Below, in pieces: positions 12,550 to 24,559 of a stretch of 64,000 bases of DNA. Below the pieces are notes generated by a model that saw only the letters and a list, made by a program, of their open reading frames with translations, had not been told where the DNA came from and ran no database searches. Position 1 is the stretch's first letter. Every line of letters starts with the position of its first letter. The stretch is from positions 1 through 64,000 of the forward strand of contig NW_021835474.1 in the NCBI RefSeq assembly GCF_006345805.1. Direction: 5' to 3'. The stretch is from Octopus sinensis (Eukaryota). The translations under genes were made by a program, and so were the position numbers.

Positions 12550-12878
12550 TAGGCGCAGGAGTGGCTGTGTGGTAAGTAGCTTGCTAACCAACCACATGGT
12601 TTCGGGTTCAGTCCCACTGCGTGGCATCTTGGGCAAGTGTCTTCTGCTATAGCCTCGGGCCGACCAATGCCTTGTGAGTGGATTTGGTAGACGGAAACTG
12701 AAAGAAGCCTGTCGTATATATGTATATATATATGTGTGAGACCGATAGAAAAAGAGACCGATAGAATAAGTACTGGGCTTACAAAGAATAAGTCCCGGGG
12801 TCGATTTGCTCGACTAAAGGCAGTGCTCCAGCATGGCCGCAGTCAACTGACTAAAACAAGTAAAAGAGTAAAGAGAGT
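12550..12878 (+). mobile_element. Abundant tRNA-derived SINE (third family), internally deleted copy
   Basis: aggcgcaggagtggctgtgtggtaag...ggttcagtccc...cttgggcaagtgtc...(TA)n...aaacaagtaaaagagta tail. Confidence 0.85.
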
Positions 12879-13090
12879 ATGCATTATTTTGTAGCTTCAA
12901 AACTTTGATGATGTAATTGTATATTTTATGATGGCATTGAAGGGTAAGTGTGATAGGCTGGATCTGGTTGGTTAGAATTTAAAACAGCTAGCATATTTGG
13001 GCTTTATAGTTAGGAGGTAAGCTGGCAGAATTGTTAGCAATCCAGGCAAAATGCTAAGTGGTATTTCCTGTCTTTACATTTTGAGTGCAA

Positions 13091-14032
13091 ATACCTATTC
13101 CTTTACTACCCACAAGGGGCTAAACACAGAGAGGACAAACAAGGACAGACAAAAGGATTAAGTTGATTATATCGACCCCAGTGGTTCACTGATACTTAAT
13201 TTTGTCGTCCCCGAAAAGATGAGAGGCAAAGTTGACCTTGGCGGAATTTGAACTCAGAATGCAACGGCAGACAAAATACCTATTTCTTTACTACCCACAA
13301 GGGGCTAAACACAGAGAGGACAAACAAGGACAGACAAACGGATTAAGCTGATTATATCGACCCCAGTGGTTCACTGATACTTAATTTTGTCGTCCGCGAA
13401 AGGATGAAAGGCAAAGTCGACCTCGGCCGAATTTAAACTCAGAACGTAGCGGCAGACGAAATACCTATTTCTTTACTACCCACAAGGGGCTAAACACAGA
13501 GAGGACAAGCAAGGACAGTCAAACGGATTAAGTTGATTATATCGACCCCAGTGTTTCACTGGTACTTAATTTTGTCGTCCCCGAAAGGATGAAAGGCAAA
13601 GTCGACCTCGGCCAAATTTGAACTCGGAACATAAAGACAGACGAAATACCTATTTCTTTACTACCCACAAGGGGCTAAACACAGAGGGGACAAACAAGGA
13701 CAGACAAACGGATTAAGTTGATTATATCGACCCCAGTGTTTCACTGGTACTTAATTCTGTCGTCCCCGAAAGGATGAAAGGCAAAGTCGACCTCGGCGGA
13801 ATTTGAACTCAGAATGCAACGGCAGACAAAATACCTATTTCTTTACTACCCACAAGGGGCTAAACACAGAGAGGACAAACAAGGACAGACAAACGGATTA
13901 AGTTGATTATATCGACCCCAGTGTTTCACTGGTACTTAATTTTGTCGTCCCCGAAAGGATGAAAGGCAAAGTCGACCTCGGCCAAATTTAAACTCAGAAT
14001 GTAGCGGCAGACGAAATACCGCTAAGCATTTC
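13091..14032 (-). repeat. SINE multimer: five 185-bp units plus a truncated head, nested antisense in a related + strand SINE (about 13011-14135)
   Basis: ATACC junctions at 13091, 13276, 13461, 13646, 13831, 14016. Confidence 0.9.
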
Positions 14033-14197
14033 AGAGTCAATAAAATAAGTACCAGTTGAGTATTGGGGTTGATGAAATCGACTTGTCCTGTCCCCCATAA
14101 TTTCAGGCCTTGTGCCTATGGTAGAAAGGATATTTGCGCTGGATACAGTCACTTCAAATGCAAAAGGGTTAAAAAAAAAAAAAAAAAAAAAAATCCG

Positions 14198-14585
14198 TAG
14201 GCACAGGACTGGCTGTTCTGGGTTCAGTCCCACTGCGTGGCACCTTGGGCAAGTGTCTTCTACTATAGCCTCGGGCCGACCAAAGCCTTGTGAGTGGATT
14301 TGGTAGACGGAAACTGAAAGAAGCCCGTCGTATATATGTATATATATATATATATGTGTGTGTGTGTATATGTTTGTGTGTATGTGTTTGTCCCCCTAGC
14401 ATTGCTTGACAACCGATGCTAGTGTGTTTGTGTCCCCGTCACTTAGCGGTTCGGCAAAAAGAGACCGATAGAATAAGTACTGGGCTTATAAAAGAATAAG
14501 TGCCGGGGTCGAGTTGCTCGATTAAAGGCGATGCTCCAGCATGGCCGCAGTCAAATGACTGAAACAAGTAAAAGAGAGAAAGAGA
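14198..14585 (+). mobile_element. Third-family SINE
   Basis: Family match with an internal (TA)n(TG)n tract. Confidence 0.85.
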
Positions 14586-14698
14586 CTCTGTGAATTGTCT
14601 GATGTGTGAAGAAGTGATTTAGACAAGAATTAAAAGGAAAATGATCAAAACTGAAGATAAGAAATATATTTATTCAATGTACGCAACTGTGAAGTTTC

Positions 14699-14916
14699 TT
14701 ACAAAATGCATGTTGATAGGTTGTTGTTTTCAGAATGAGACTTCACTTCTATTAAATTACGGGATGTGATTTTCTCTGGTTTAAATTTAAGATTCCTTTT
14801 TCTCTGACAAGTTATCAGGAAGTGCAAAGATGCTAATGATAGGAATGTAAGAATTTCAAATAGTCCAGTGAGATAAAAAGCGAAGTCATAGCTGTGTGTA
14901 ATATCTGTGATTTTAC
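14699..14916 (-). CDS. SLC16/MCT-like copy A, exon 5 (terminal)
   Basis: ttttctag acceptor; GKITDITHSYDFAFYLTGLFEIL...STCIL*, MCT G..D.t.sY..aF motif; AATAAA on the minus strand at 14669-14674. Confidence 0.85.
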
Positions 14917-15789
14917 CTAGAAAAGAAAAAAAAATAGCAAAATTATAATAGATAAGGTTATTTAGAATGAAAGCTGGTTAAGTTGCTACAATTACTCCAG
15001 TTTAATATAAATACTTTACACCATCAAGCTATACAAATTTGAAACCAAACAATTGTTGCGGAAAAGATCAAGGCTACATGTAAATTTAGACCCCCCTTTA
15101 GTTATAAATGACTATGGGATTGCACCTAGAAAGTCCCCCCCGCCAAGGCATAAGTCTGGCCAAGGTTGTTTATGGAAGACCAGCGGTTGACCAGGCATAC
15201 CAGCCTCACCTTTCCATGCCACTGATGTTACCCAAGGGAAAGGCAAAGGGGCCGAGACAGCTTGGCACCAGTGACATCGCAACTCATTTCTACAGCTAAA
15301 AGAACTGGAGCAATATGAAATAAAGTATCTTACTCAAGAACACAACACACAGCCTGGTCCGGGAATCGAACTCACATCCTCAAGATTATGAGTCCAACAC
15401 TCTAACCACTGAGCCATGTGATCTTCACATCTAAATACCTGTAACCATATTCAGTTACACTGTTTCATCACTTTCTATGTTATATATTACTTGTGCTGAT
15501 CTTCTGTATTCAGTTGTGATGCTATATTCAGTCAAACATTTATACATGTTCTATTAAATTTCAAAATAATTAGCTATCAACACGTCAGTGTTAGCTATAA
15601 ACCTAAATAAATCACCAATCAGGAAGCAGTTGAATCCAATTGTAGTGTCCGATTGAGAGGTGCATTGTTAACATTATAGTAGTCTGGATACCATTGGTGA
15701 CATCCAGACTACAGTGGAGAAGGCAGGCCACTGGATTTGGTTATAAAGAGATGATAAGCAATGGTTTGAAGAAATTTGAGCAAAACCTA

Positions 15790-16915
15790 TTTCTTTACTA
15801 CCCACAAGGGGCTACACACAGAGAGGACAAACAAGGACAGACAAACAGATTAAGTTGATTACATCGACCCCAGTGCGTAACTGGTATTTATTTAGTCGAC
15901 CCCGAAAGGATGAAAGGCAAAGTCGACCTCGACGGAATTTGAACTCAGAACGTAACGGCAGACGAAATACCTAAACATAGAGGGGACAAACAAGGACAGA
16001 CAAACGGATTAAGTCGATTATATCGACCCCAGTGCGTAACTGGTACTTATTTAATCGACCCCGAAAGGATGAAAGGCAAAGTCGACCTCGGCGGAATTTG
16101 AACTCAGAACGTAACGGCAGAAGAAATACCTATTTCTTTACTATCCACAAGGGGCTACACACAGAAGGGACAAACAAGGACAGACAAACGGATTAAGTCG
16201 ATTATATTGACCCCAGTGCGTAACTGGTACTTATTTAATCAACTCCGAAAGGATGAAAGGCAAAGTCGACCTCGACGGAATTTCAACACAGAACGTAACG
16301 GCAGATGAAATACCTATTTCTTTACTACCCACAAGGGGCTACACACAGAGAGGACAAAGAAGGACAGACAAACGGATTAAGTCGATTATATTGACCCCAG
16401 TGCATAACTGGTACTTATTTAATCGACCCCGAAAGGATGAAAGGCAAAGTCGACCTTGGTGGAATTTGAACTCAGAACGTAGCGGCAGACAAAATACCTA
16501 TTTCTTTACGACCCACAAGGGGCTAAACACAGAGGGGACAAACAAGGACAGACAAACGGATTAAGTCGATTATATTGACTCCAGTGCGTAACTGGTACTT
16601 ATTTAATCGACCCCGAAAGGATGAAAGGCAAAGTTGACCTTGATGGAATTTGAACTCAGAACGTAGTGGCAAACGAAATACCTATTTCTTTACTACCCAT
16701 AAGGGGCTAAACACAGAGAGGACAAAGAAGGACAGACAAACGGATTAAGTCGATTATATTGACCCAAGTGCGTAACTGTTACTTATTTAATCGACCCCGA
16801 AAGAATGAAAGGCAAAGTCGACCTCGACGGAATTTGAACTCAGAACGTAGCGGCAGACGAAATACGGCTACGCATTTCGCCCGGTGTGCTAACGTTTCTG
16901 CCAGCTCCCTGCCTT
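15790..16915 (-). repeat. SINE multimer: one tRNA-like head plus six ~184-bp units
   Basis: Junctions at 15967, 16126, 16310, 16494, 16678, 16862; one unit has a ~25-bp deletion; 17-bp TSD AATTTGAGCAAAACCTA (15773-15789 and 16916-16932). Confidence 0.9.
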
Positions 16916-17132
16916 AATTTGAGCAAAACCTAATAACCAGTTGATCTAGCAGACAGGGCTTCATTTCAACGAGTGGGGCTGGTGCACAACGATGCCATTG
17001 AGAGGAAGACCCCCGCCAAATAGCGTGCATTCTCTCCCATAAACTTGCTAGCGTCCAGTATGCAGAGCTTTGAACTGGTAGCACATGCATCTGCAAGTTG
17101 TATGCAAAAAAAAAAAAAAATGAATGGCAAGG

Positions 17133-17555
17133 TAGGCGCAGGAGTGGCTGTGTGGTAAGTAGCTTGCTAACCAACCACATGGTTCCGGGTTCAGTCCCAC
17201 TGCGTGGCATCTTGCGCAAGTGTCTTCTGCTATAGCCTCAGGCCGACCAATGCCTTGTGAGTGGATTTGGTAGACGGAAACTGAAAGAAGCCTGTCGTAT
17301 ATATGTATATATATATATATGTATGTGTGTGTATATGTTTGTGTGTCTGTGTTTGTCCCTCTAGCATTGCTTGACAACCGATGCTGGTGTGTTTACGTCC
17401 CCATCACTTAGCGGTTCGGCAAAAGAGACCGATAGAATAAGTACTGGGCTTACAAAGAATAAGTCCCGTAGTCAATTTGCTCGACTAAAGGCGGTGCTCC
17501 AGCATGGCCGCAGTCAAATGACTGACACAAGTAAAAGAGTAAAAGAGAGAAAGAG
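17133..17555 (+). mobile_element. Third-family SINE, full length
   Basis: Complete head, core and tail. Confidence 0.88.
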
Positions 17556-18559
17556 TAGCAAGCAGAGAAAATCGTTAGCACACCAGGTGAAATACTTAGC
17601 AACCTTTCATTTAGCTTTACATTCTGAGTTCAAATTCCACCTAGGGTGACTTTGCCTTTCATCCTTTCTGGATTGATAAATTAATTACCAGTTGAACATT
17701 GGGGTTCATGTAATCAACTTAATCCTCCCCTAAAATTGCTGGCCTTGTGCCAAAATATGAAACCAGTATAACCGACAAAAGCAGTGAGCTGGATGAATGG
17801 TTACTGTGATGGAATAACTGTTTAGGTATTTCTGCCTACTTTCATCATCATCATCGTTTAACGTCCGTTCTCCATGCTAGCATGGGTTGGACGGTTCGAC
17901 CGGGGACCTGGGAAGCCAGAAGGCTGCACCAGGCTCCAGTCTGATCTGGCAGTGTTTCTACAGTGGATGCCCTTCCTAACGCCAACCACTCCGTGGGTGT
18001 AGTTGATGCTTTTTACGTGCCACCTGCACAGGTGCCAGGCGAGGCTGGCAACGGCCATGGTCAGATTGATGCATTTTACGTGCCACCGGCACGGAGGCCA
18101 GGCGAGGCGGCACTGGCAAAGTCGAGGCGGCACTGGCAGTCGAGGCGGCACTGGCAAAGATGTCACGCAGTGGGAATGAACCCGGAACCATGTGGTTGGT
18201 TAGCAAGCTACTTACCACACAGCCACTCCTGCGCCTACTTTATGTTCTGAATTCAAATACTGCTGGTTTTTATATTGCCCTTCATCCTTTTGGGGTCAAT
18301 AAAGTTGATCTAGCTGGCAGGGCTTCATTTCAGTGAGTGGGGCTGGTGCACAATAATGTTATTGAGAGGGAGACCCCAAAATGGCGTGCATTCTCTCCTG
18401 ATGACCCCATAAATTTGCTAGCATCAATAAAGTAAGTACCAGTTGAACTCTGGGGCCAGTGTAATCAATTTATCTCATCCCACAAAATTGCTGTCTTGTG
18501 TCAGAATTTGAAACCCATATTATGATTCACAAAGCCTGGATCAGGCATGTCACACTTAC

Positions 18560-19305
18560 CTACAATGGTTGCAGCTGGCACTGTACATATCCCATTCACA
18601 GTGAAAGTAAAGCCAATAGCCATGGATAAGCTTCAATACCGACAACTTTTTTGAAGACCAGGGGACGTATCGTGGATATCATTCCACGACAAAATCCATT
18701 CAAGATTCCCAGGAAAATCAATGGCGATAAAGTATCGCACAACGGAGCAAAAATGAAGAACATTCCACTTACACCACAAACGATGTAAAATATGAGAACG
18801 AGTACTTGTGTTAAGTCGAATAAGACGCTGAAGAACCCAAAGACAAGTCTGCTTGCCATGCTTGAAATACTTATAAAAGTCATTAGTGTAATCCCTTCTA
18901 ATATTGGATGGCCCTTTCCAACCCAAAAATCAATAATAAGGAGCAAAACAAGGGAGCCACAACATGTATTTATTGATGCAGCAGTTGATAATATCAAAAA
19001 ACGTTTGTTTTTCAATATTTTCATATCGAATATTTTTAGTCGTTCAACCTTGGCATCAGATTTTGGTTTTCTGTCAACTTTTGTCAACAATCCTGAAAAA
19101 CACATGTTCAAACTGAAGCCAGACAGAATCATCAAGGCTCCTCTCCAAGAGTAGATATTTAAGAGCGTATCTACTAAAAATGGTACACATAAAGTTCCGA
19201 ATGGGGCACATACTGTCAGTGTAATGGATAGAACATGAACATTTTTGTGGAATAATTTCTCCAAAGCTGCATAACCGACGATATTGTTGATGGCTGCTCC
19301 AGAAC
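18560..19305 (-). CDS. SLC16/MCT-like copy A, exon 4 (1-bp deletion near 18622)
   Basis: tttcag acceptor, G|gtaag donor; contains the YSWRGALMILSG MCT motif; 746 bp, one base short of frame compared with copy B. Confidence 0.85.
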
Positions 19306-19424
19306 CTGAAATAGAAAATAAAGAAAGATGATTGTATGAAAGATATTGTAGGTTTGTTATAGAAGCACACGGCCTGTAGATTACTCAATCAGGGAAAGGC
19401 TGTGCATGTGTGTGTACGGTACTG

Positions 19425-19845
19425 GGATCTTTTCGGTTTGAACGGCAGTTTTTAAAAATAATTTCCACGTAACTAAACACTTTTAAACTTCGTATACTGG
19501 TAGAATGTGTTTATAAAGCATCTTTTTCTCTTGGCTTTATTGAGAAAATTCTATGGTTTGTAAGATATTTGTTGTTTTTTTTCTTCAATTTCTGCAATTT
19601 CAACCAATCGATGACGTCTATTCTGTGCCGTATGAATATGTCCCTCGTTTTAGAAACAGATTGGGTTTATTTACATTTGTGAAGAAAAAAAGATACCCTT
19701 CCCCCACCCCTAACCCTAACCCGTAACCCTAACTCTAACCCTAACCCTAAAACAGATTGAAACAGATCGATTCTAGGGTCATAATTATGCGTGACAATTT
19801 CATATGACACCGCTAAAAAAACTGCCGTTCAAACCGAAAAGATCC
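19425..19845. mobile_element. MITE with ~28-bp TIRs and an internal (CCCTAA)n tract
   Basis: GGATCTTTTCGGTTTGAACGGCAGTTTTT ... AAAAAACTGCCGTTCAAACCGAAAAGATCC; flanks cGGTACTG and aGGTACTG. Confidence 0.88.
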
Positions 19846-20119
19846 AGGTACTGTATTGATAGTTATGTAGAAATATTCATGTGTATTCTTACCTTCGTTT
19901 GTATGTATATAGGCACATATATACATATGTATATACATATAACAAGTACTCAAAGTTTGGAACCCAGTCTGTGCAGTAACGCGAGAAGGCCACAACACAT
20001 CAAGTTTCCATATTTGGTTGCGATAGTCTTTATCAGGTGATTTTGATTCATATTTTAGTCAATCGTAATTCAGGTGCAACTGTGTAATGGAAAGACTAAT
20101 GAAAAATTCCGTGCTTTTT

Positions 20120-21900
20120 TTGGCACCAAATCATGGCTATAAATCGAGATGCGTAGGAAATAGATAGCAGAAGATTTGCAGAGGCTTTCTTGGTTAGATA
20201 AAGAAGGTGAGACTCGTGGCGAAACTATAGGGAATAGAAGAAATGGCTAGCCTTATGCCGTTGTACTTAGAAGGCAGAGCGCTGAATCTTTACTTGGAGA
20301 CGGATGAAACGGATCAAGAGAAAGTGGAAAAAATTGAAGAACGGCTGAAGGACGCGTAGATGGAGGGGGATTTTAATGCCTACAGCCAGTTCAGGAGAGT
20401 GAGATGGAACGGCGAGCAGATAGATAACTACACGAGCGATATTAGGAGGTTGGTGGGTCTAGCAGAGTTTACTGGAGCAGCAATGGAGCGGATGGTGAAG
20501 CTGGCTTTTGTAACTGGCTCCGTCAACCATATCTCTCTGCGTCTGCAGCAGATGCCAGATATTGAAACGATGTCGGTAGGAGAGATGATCGACAAATGGC
20601 GGGCGTTGTCGCAAAGTGACACTCGCGACGTAACGGCAAAAATGACGGCAGATACGAGTGGAACGAAGAGGCAGGCAGCAAACAACGGCAGCAAGAGTCT
20701 GGCGAGGCGAACGGCCAAGGGACCATGCTTCAGACGTCGAGGTCCACACAGGGTCAAGGAATGCACGGACCGAGGCCACAGGTGGTGTGTTACCGATGCG
20801 GCCACCCTGGGCACAGTGAATAACTGCAATCCAGGAAACAAGCAGAGAGGGAACTACTGTGCTGTTGGTTCCCTCCATGAACAATTGAAGGCACACCACC
20901 GAATGTTGCCTGTAGTGATGTTTATGGTGGGGGCGAGCGAAGCACAAGCCCTCGTGGATACGGAAATGAAGATACAGGAGTCCCGTGTTGAGGCTGCAGG
21001 CGATTGTAGTTGATGAAGTGGTGGACGGCGTTGATGTAGTGGTCGGAATGGACGTCATCATACGATTGGGTGGTGTGACAGTTGGCGGGGCAGGAGTAGA
21101 GTTTGGTGACTGGTGTTCTGCAAGCCGTGGGTGTGGAGCGGAGAAAGAAGACTGTAGGAGTCATGGATTACGGGCACAGAGAGGGTCTTTCATAGTCGTA
21201 GTTGAGGGTGAGGACTTCCGCGCTGAGTTTGACGGTGAAAGATGGACGGTGGAGTACTTCTTGAAGGGAGAACCTTCCCTACAGAGAAACATGGTGAGCT
21301 GCTATGAGTACACCCTGAAAGGAGAAATCAGGGTGAGTTCGAGACAGAGGTGAACAGGTGGATACTGATGCCATGGAGTGAGGAGACGACGGGCGGTGTG
21401 CTGCCGTTGATGGCTGTGGTTCAGCCGACAAAGAACAAGGTTCGAGCAGTGCTAGACCTTCAAGGAACTTATCGAATATGTGTTGTGTTGTATGGGTGGC
21501 GAGGCAGCAGACGTGTGTGGAGAAACAACGTCGTGAGTGGAGGCAAATGGTGGGGGTCGACTACGCTCGTCGACCTCATATTGGCCTATCTGTGTAACTC
21601 CATGTATCAGAAAAGTTGTGGAAGTGTAAATTAGTGAGGTACAGGGGCAGAATGTACGGCCCTGGCTCAACTGGGCTTCAGCCTGTGTTTGGCACCGAGG
21701 ACCATGACGAAACAAAGCAGAAGAGCAGTGATCCTTAGATCAGTGGGGCGTGCTGTGGAAGGGAGAGGGAGAGATGGTACAGGAAGATCAGAAGGGAAGA
21801 GATGATGTCACGTCGACGTGCAAGAAGGCAAGTTTCCCTCTTTGTCATGCTGTCATCAATAGAGGCCAGACGTGGCGAAGAGAGGTCATGACAACACATG
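20120..21900 (+). mobile_element. Degraded Gypsy-like LTR retrotransposon fragment (gag, protease, start of RT)
   Basis: Knuckle remnants CFRRRGPHRVKEC, protease-like ALVDT and DVVVGMDVI, VVQPTKNKVRAVLD; a purine tract near 21760 precedes a short TG...CA segment. Confidence 0.7.
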
Positions 21901-22121
21901 TTAACAATTGAACAAATTTGAGGGCGGTACCCGATTACAAGTCGAGGTAAGAACGATTATATTTCCGTGCCTTTAATCCACGCTTGTAGTTTTTTCTTGT
22001 AACTGCCAGAGTTTCGAATGCTGAGTACAGTTACAAGCCATATTGAAATTCTAGCTAATGTCTAACTGAATAAATCAAATATGTCTTGGTTAGTATTTCA
22101 GTTATAATTTGTTGAACTTAC

Positions 22122-22265
22122 CAAATAAGATTCCAAGTGAGAAAAACAGGAACCAAATGTTTGGTGTAAAGCTGCTTGCAAACAAACCAATCGAACACAA
22201 AGCACTGGCAACGATAAATGACCACCCAACACCAATTTTTCTGTATAACATTCCTGCGAATATTC
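22122..22265 (-). CDS. SLC16/MCT-like copy A, exon 3
   Basis: tttgcag acceptor and G|gtaag donor, 144 bp; GIFAGMLYRKIGVGWSFIVASALCSIGLFASSFTPNIWFLFFSLGILF. Confidence 0.88.
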
Positions 22266-22674
22266 CTGCAAATGAAAAGTGAAAATTTAAGGAAAATTTT
22301 GCTAAATTTAAGGAATTTAAGGAATTTAAGGAAAATTTAAGGAAAATTTAAGGAAAATTTTGCTAAATACTGATGAAATAGAATAAGATAATTATTATAT
22401 TCTGTTAAAGTGAAAAAAAAAAGAAGGAATTTTCTAGAATAATTAGTGCTTGAAGGAGAATTAATATTTTTGTTTTTGATCTTTAATATCTTCACATATT
22501 TTTCTAACTCTGATCTAATTCTTTTTTCAAATGTATAAGAATTCGGTATATTTGGGTTGCTCAGAAACGGTTCCGAACGATAAGGTGAAAGGGCAAAGAT
22601 TATTGACCAAGGTATTAGCTTATTTTATTTATTTATTTATTTTTTTTCTACGTGTGGAATTTTTGACTACCTAC

Positions 22675-22892
22675 CTCCACAACCTAAAGTTGCTGTACAC
22701 GCTGATGTTATCATGGCTGTTTCAGATTTTGAAGTGTTAAATTCTTTGATGAAGTAGATATATAAGATGCCGAGAGAGTAAGCAATGCCAAAGCCCAAAA
22801 TATTGTTGTATAATATAGAGACATAAGCCAGATATTTGATGAAAGAGGAACATTTACGAGATTTATGATCTTCCGGTGTGCACTTCATTGCC
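22675..22892 (-). CDS. SLC16/MCT-like copy A, exon 2
   Basis: tttccag acceptor, G|gtagg donor; LGFGIAYSLGILYIYFIKEFNTSKSETAMITS is the MCT TM1 / F..SkseTawi motif. Confidence 0.88.
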
Positions 22893-23199
22893 CTGGAAAT
22901 AAAGAAGAAAAACATGTAGTAGTAGTAGTAGTAGTAGTAGTAGTAACAGCAGCAGCATTAGTAGTAGCAGCAGAAACAGCAACAGTAATTGCGGCAGAAG
23001 CTCTAGCAAGAACAGAGGTAGCAGCACTACTAATAAAGATGTATTTTTATAATGTTGCGCACATATTGGTTGTGATGCATGTACCCTAATGTAACCTTAT
23101 CAGATGGGTGGTCATGATGGGTATACTGGGCTTCATATATTTAACCCCAGTGTCACTCTGATGGCATAACAACAACAACAACAACAACAACAATAATAA

Positions 23200-23619
23200 T
23201 CAGTGTGACCATCAGATTAGCTATCAGCAACTTGGCGTTGTTGTGGTGAGCAAAAACGATAAAACATTCCTGATAATCGACATAGCACGTCCTGATGGCA
23301 ACACGATCGAAGAGAAAAAAGGAAGAAAAAGCGATGATTTGAAGCGGGAAATACGCAGGGCGTGGGGGGACTGAAGCAGGTGGACGCTATAGAAATAGTG
23401 ATTGGCGCGCTTAGAGGTGTCAGCACTCAACTACCAACATGACTCAAAAAAGATTGGTAAGTAGCTTGTTTACCAACCACATGGTTCCGGGTTCAGTCCC
23501 ACTGTGTGGCACCTTGGGCAAGTGTCTTCTCCTAAAGCTTCGAGCCGACCAAAGCCTTGCGAGTGGATTTGGTAGACGGAAACTGAAAGAAGCCCGTCGT
23601 ATATATGTATATATATATA

Positions 23620-23656
<37 letters not shown>

Positions 23657-24030
23657 GTGTGTGTGTGTGTTTGTGTGTCTGTGTTTGTCCCCCTAGCATT
23701 GCTTGACAACCGATGCTGGTGTGTTTATGTCCCCGTTACTTACTGGTTCGGCAAAAGAGACCGATAGAATAAGTCCCGAGGTCGAGTTGCTCGATTAAAG
23801 GCGGTGCTCCAGCATGGCCGCAGTCAAATGACTGAAACAAGTAAAAGAGTAAAAGAGTAAAGAGTATGAACGTAAAGACAGAACATCTACAAAGATCATC
23901 ATTGCTTGGAACTGCAAGAATTCTCCGCAGGGTTCTTGAAGCATGATCAGTAAACAAGTACCACTTTAGTTTTTTTGGCTGGGGACAGCAAAATAAACTG
24001 AGAGTTTTCATAGAAAATTACTATTATTAA
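23200..24030 (+). mobile_element. R4/Dong-like LINE 3' fragment (restriction-like endonuclease)
   Basis: QCDHQI...LIIDIARP...IVIGAL...LQRSSLLGTARILRRVL*; flanked by (AAC/AAT)n and a TAT-rich tail. Confidence 0.7.
23455..23865 (+). mobile_element. Third-family SINE inserted in an R4/Dong-like fragment
   Basis: Family match; splits the RLE coding fragment. Confidence 0.85.
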
Positions 24031-24031
24031 A

Positions 24032-24499
24032 TCTTCTTCTTCTTCTTCTTCTTCTTCTTCTTCTTCTTCTTCTTCTTCTCCTCCTCCTCCTCCTCCTTCT
24101 CCTCCTTCTCTCCTTCTTCTCCTCCTCCTCCTCCTTCTTTTCCTCCTCCTCCTCCTCCTCCTCCTTCTTCTTCTTCTTCTTCTTCTTCTCCTCCTCCTCC
24201 TCCTCCTTCTCCTTCTTCTCCTCCTCCTCCTCCTTATTTTCTCCTCCTCCTCCTCCTCCCTCCTCCTTCTTCTTCTTCTTCTTCTTCTCCTCCTCCTCCT
24301 CCTCCTCCTCCTTCTTCTTCTTCTTCTTCTTCTCCTCCTCTTCATCCTCTTCCTCCTTCTTCTTCTCCTTCTTCTTCTTCTTCTTCTTCTTCTTCTCCTC
24401 CTCTTCCTCCTCCTCCTCCTCCTCCTTCTCCTCCTCCTCCTCCTCCTCCTCCTCCTTCTTCTTCTTCTTCCTTCTTCTTCTTCTTCTTCTTCTTCTTCT
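24032..24499. repeat. (CTT/CCT)n polypyrimidine microsatellite
   Basis: Direct inspection. Confidence 0.95.
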
Positions 24500-24559
24500 G
24501 AGAACGTGTAAATTAATGCCGTGACTTAACATCCAAATTATCGCTAGCATTACGGTTAC

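Noticed and set aside
13091-16915. CRISPR-like array interpretation of the 184/185-bp and 62-bp repeats
   Set aside because: The units are near-identical end to end with no unique spacers, there are no cas genes, and the context is eukaryotic
19708-19750. Chromosome end or telomere fusion site
   Set aside because: The short CCCTAA tract is internal to a multicopy MITE
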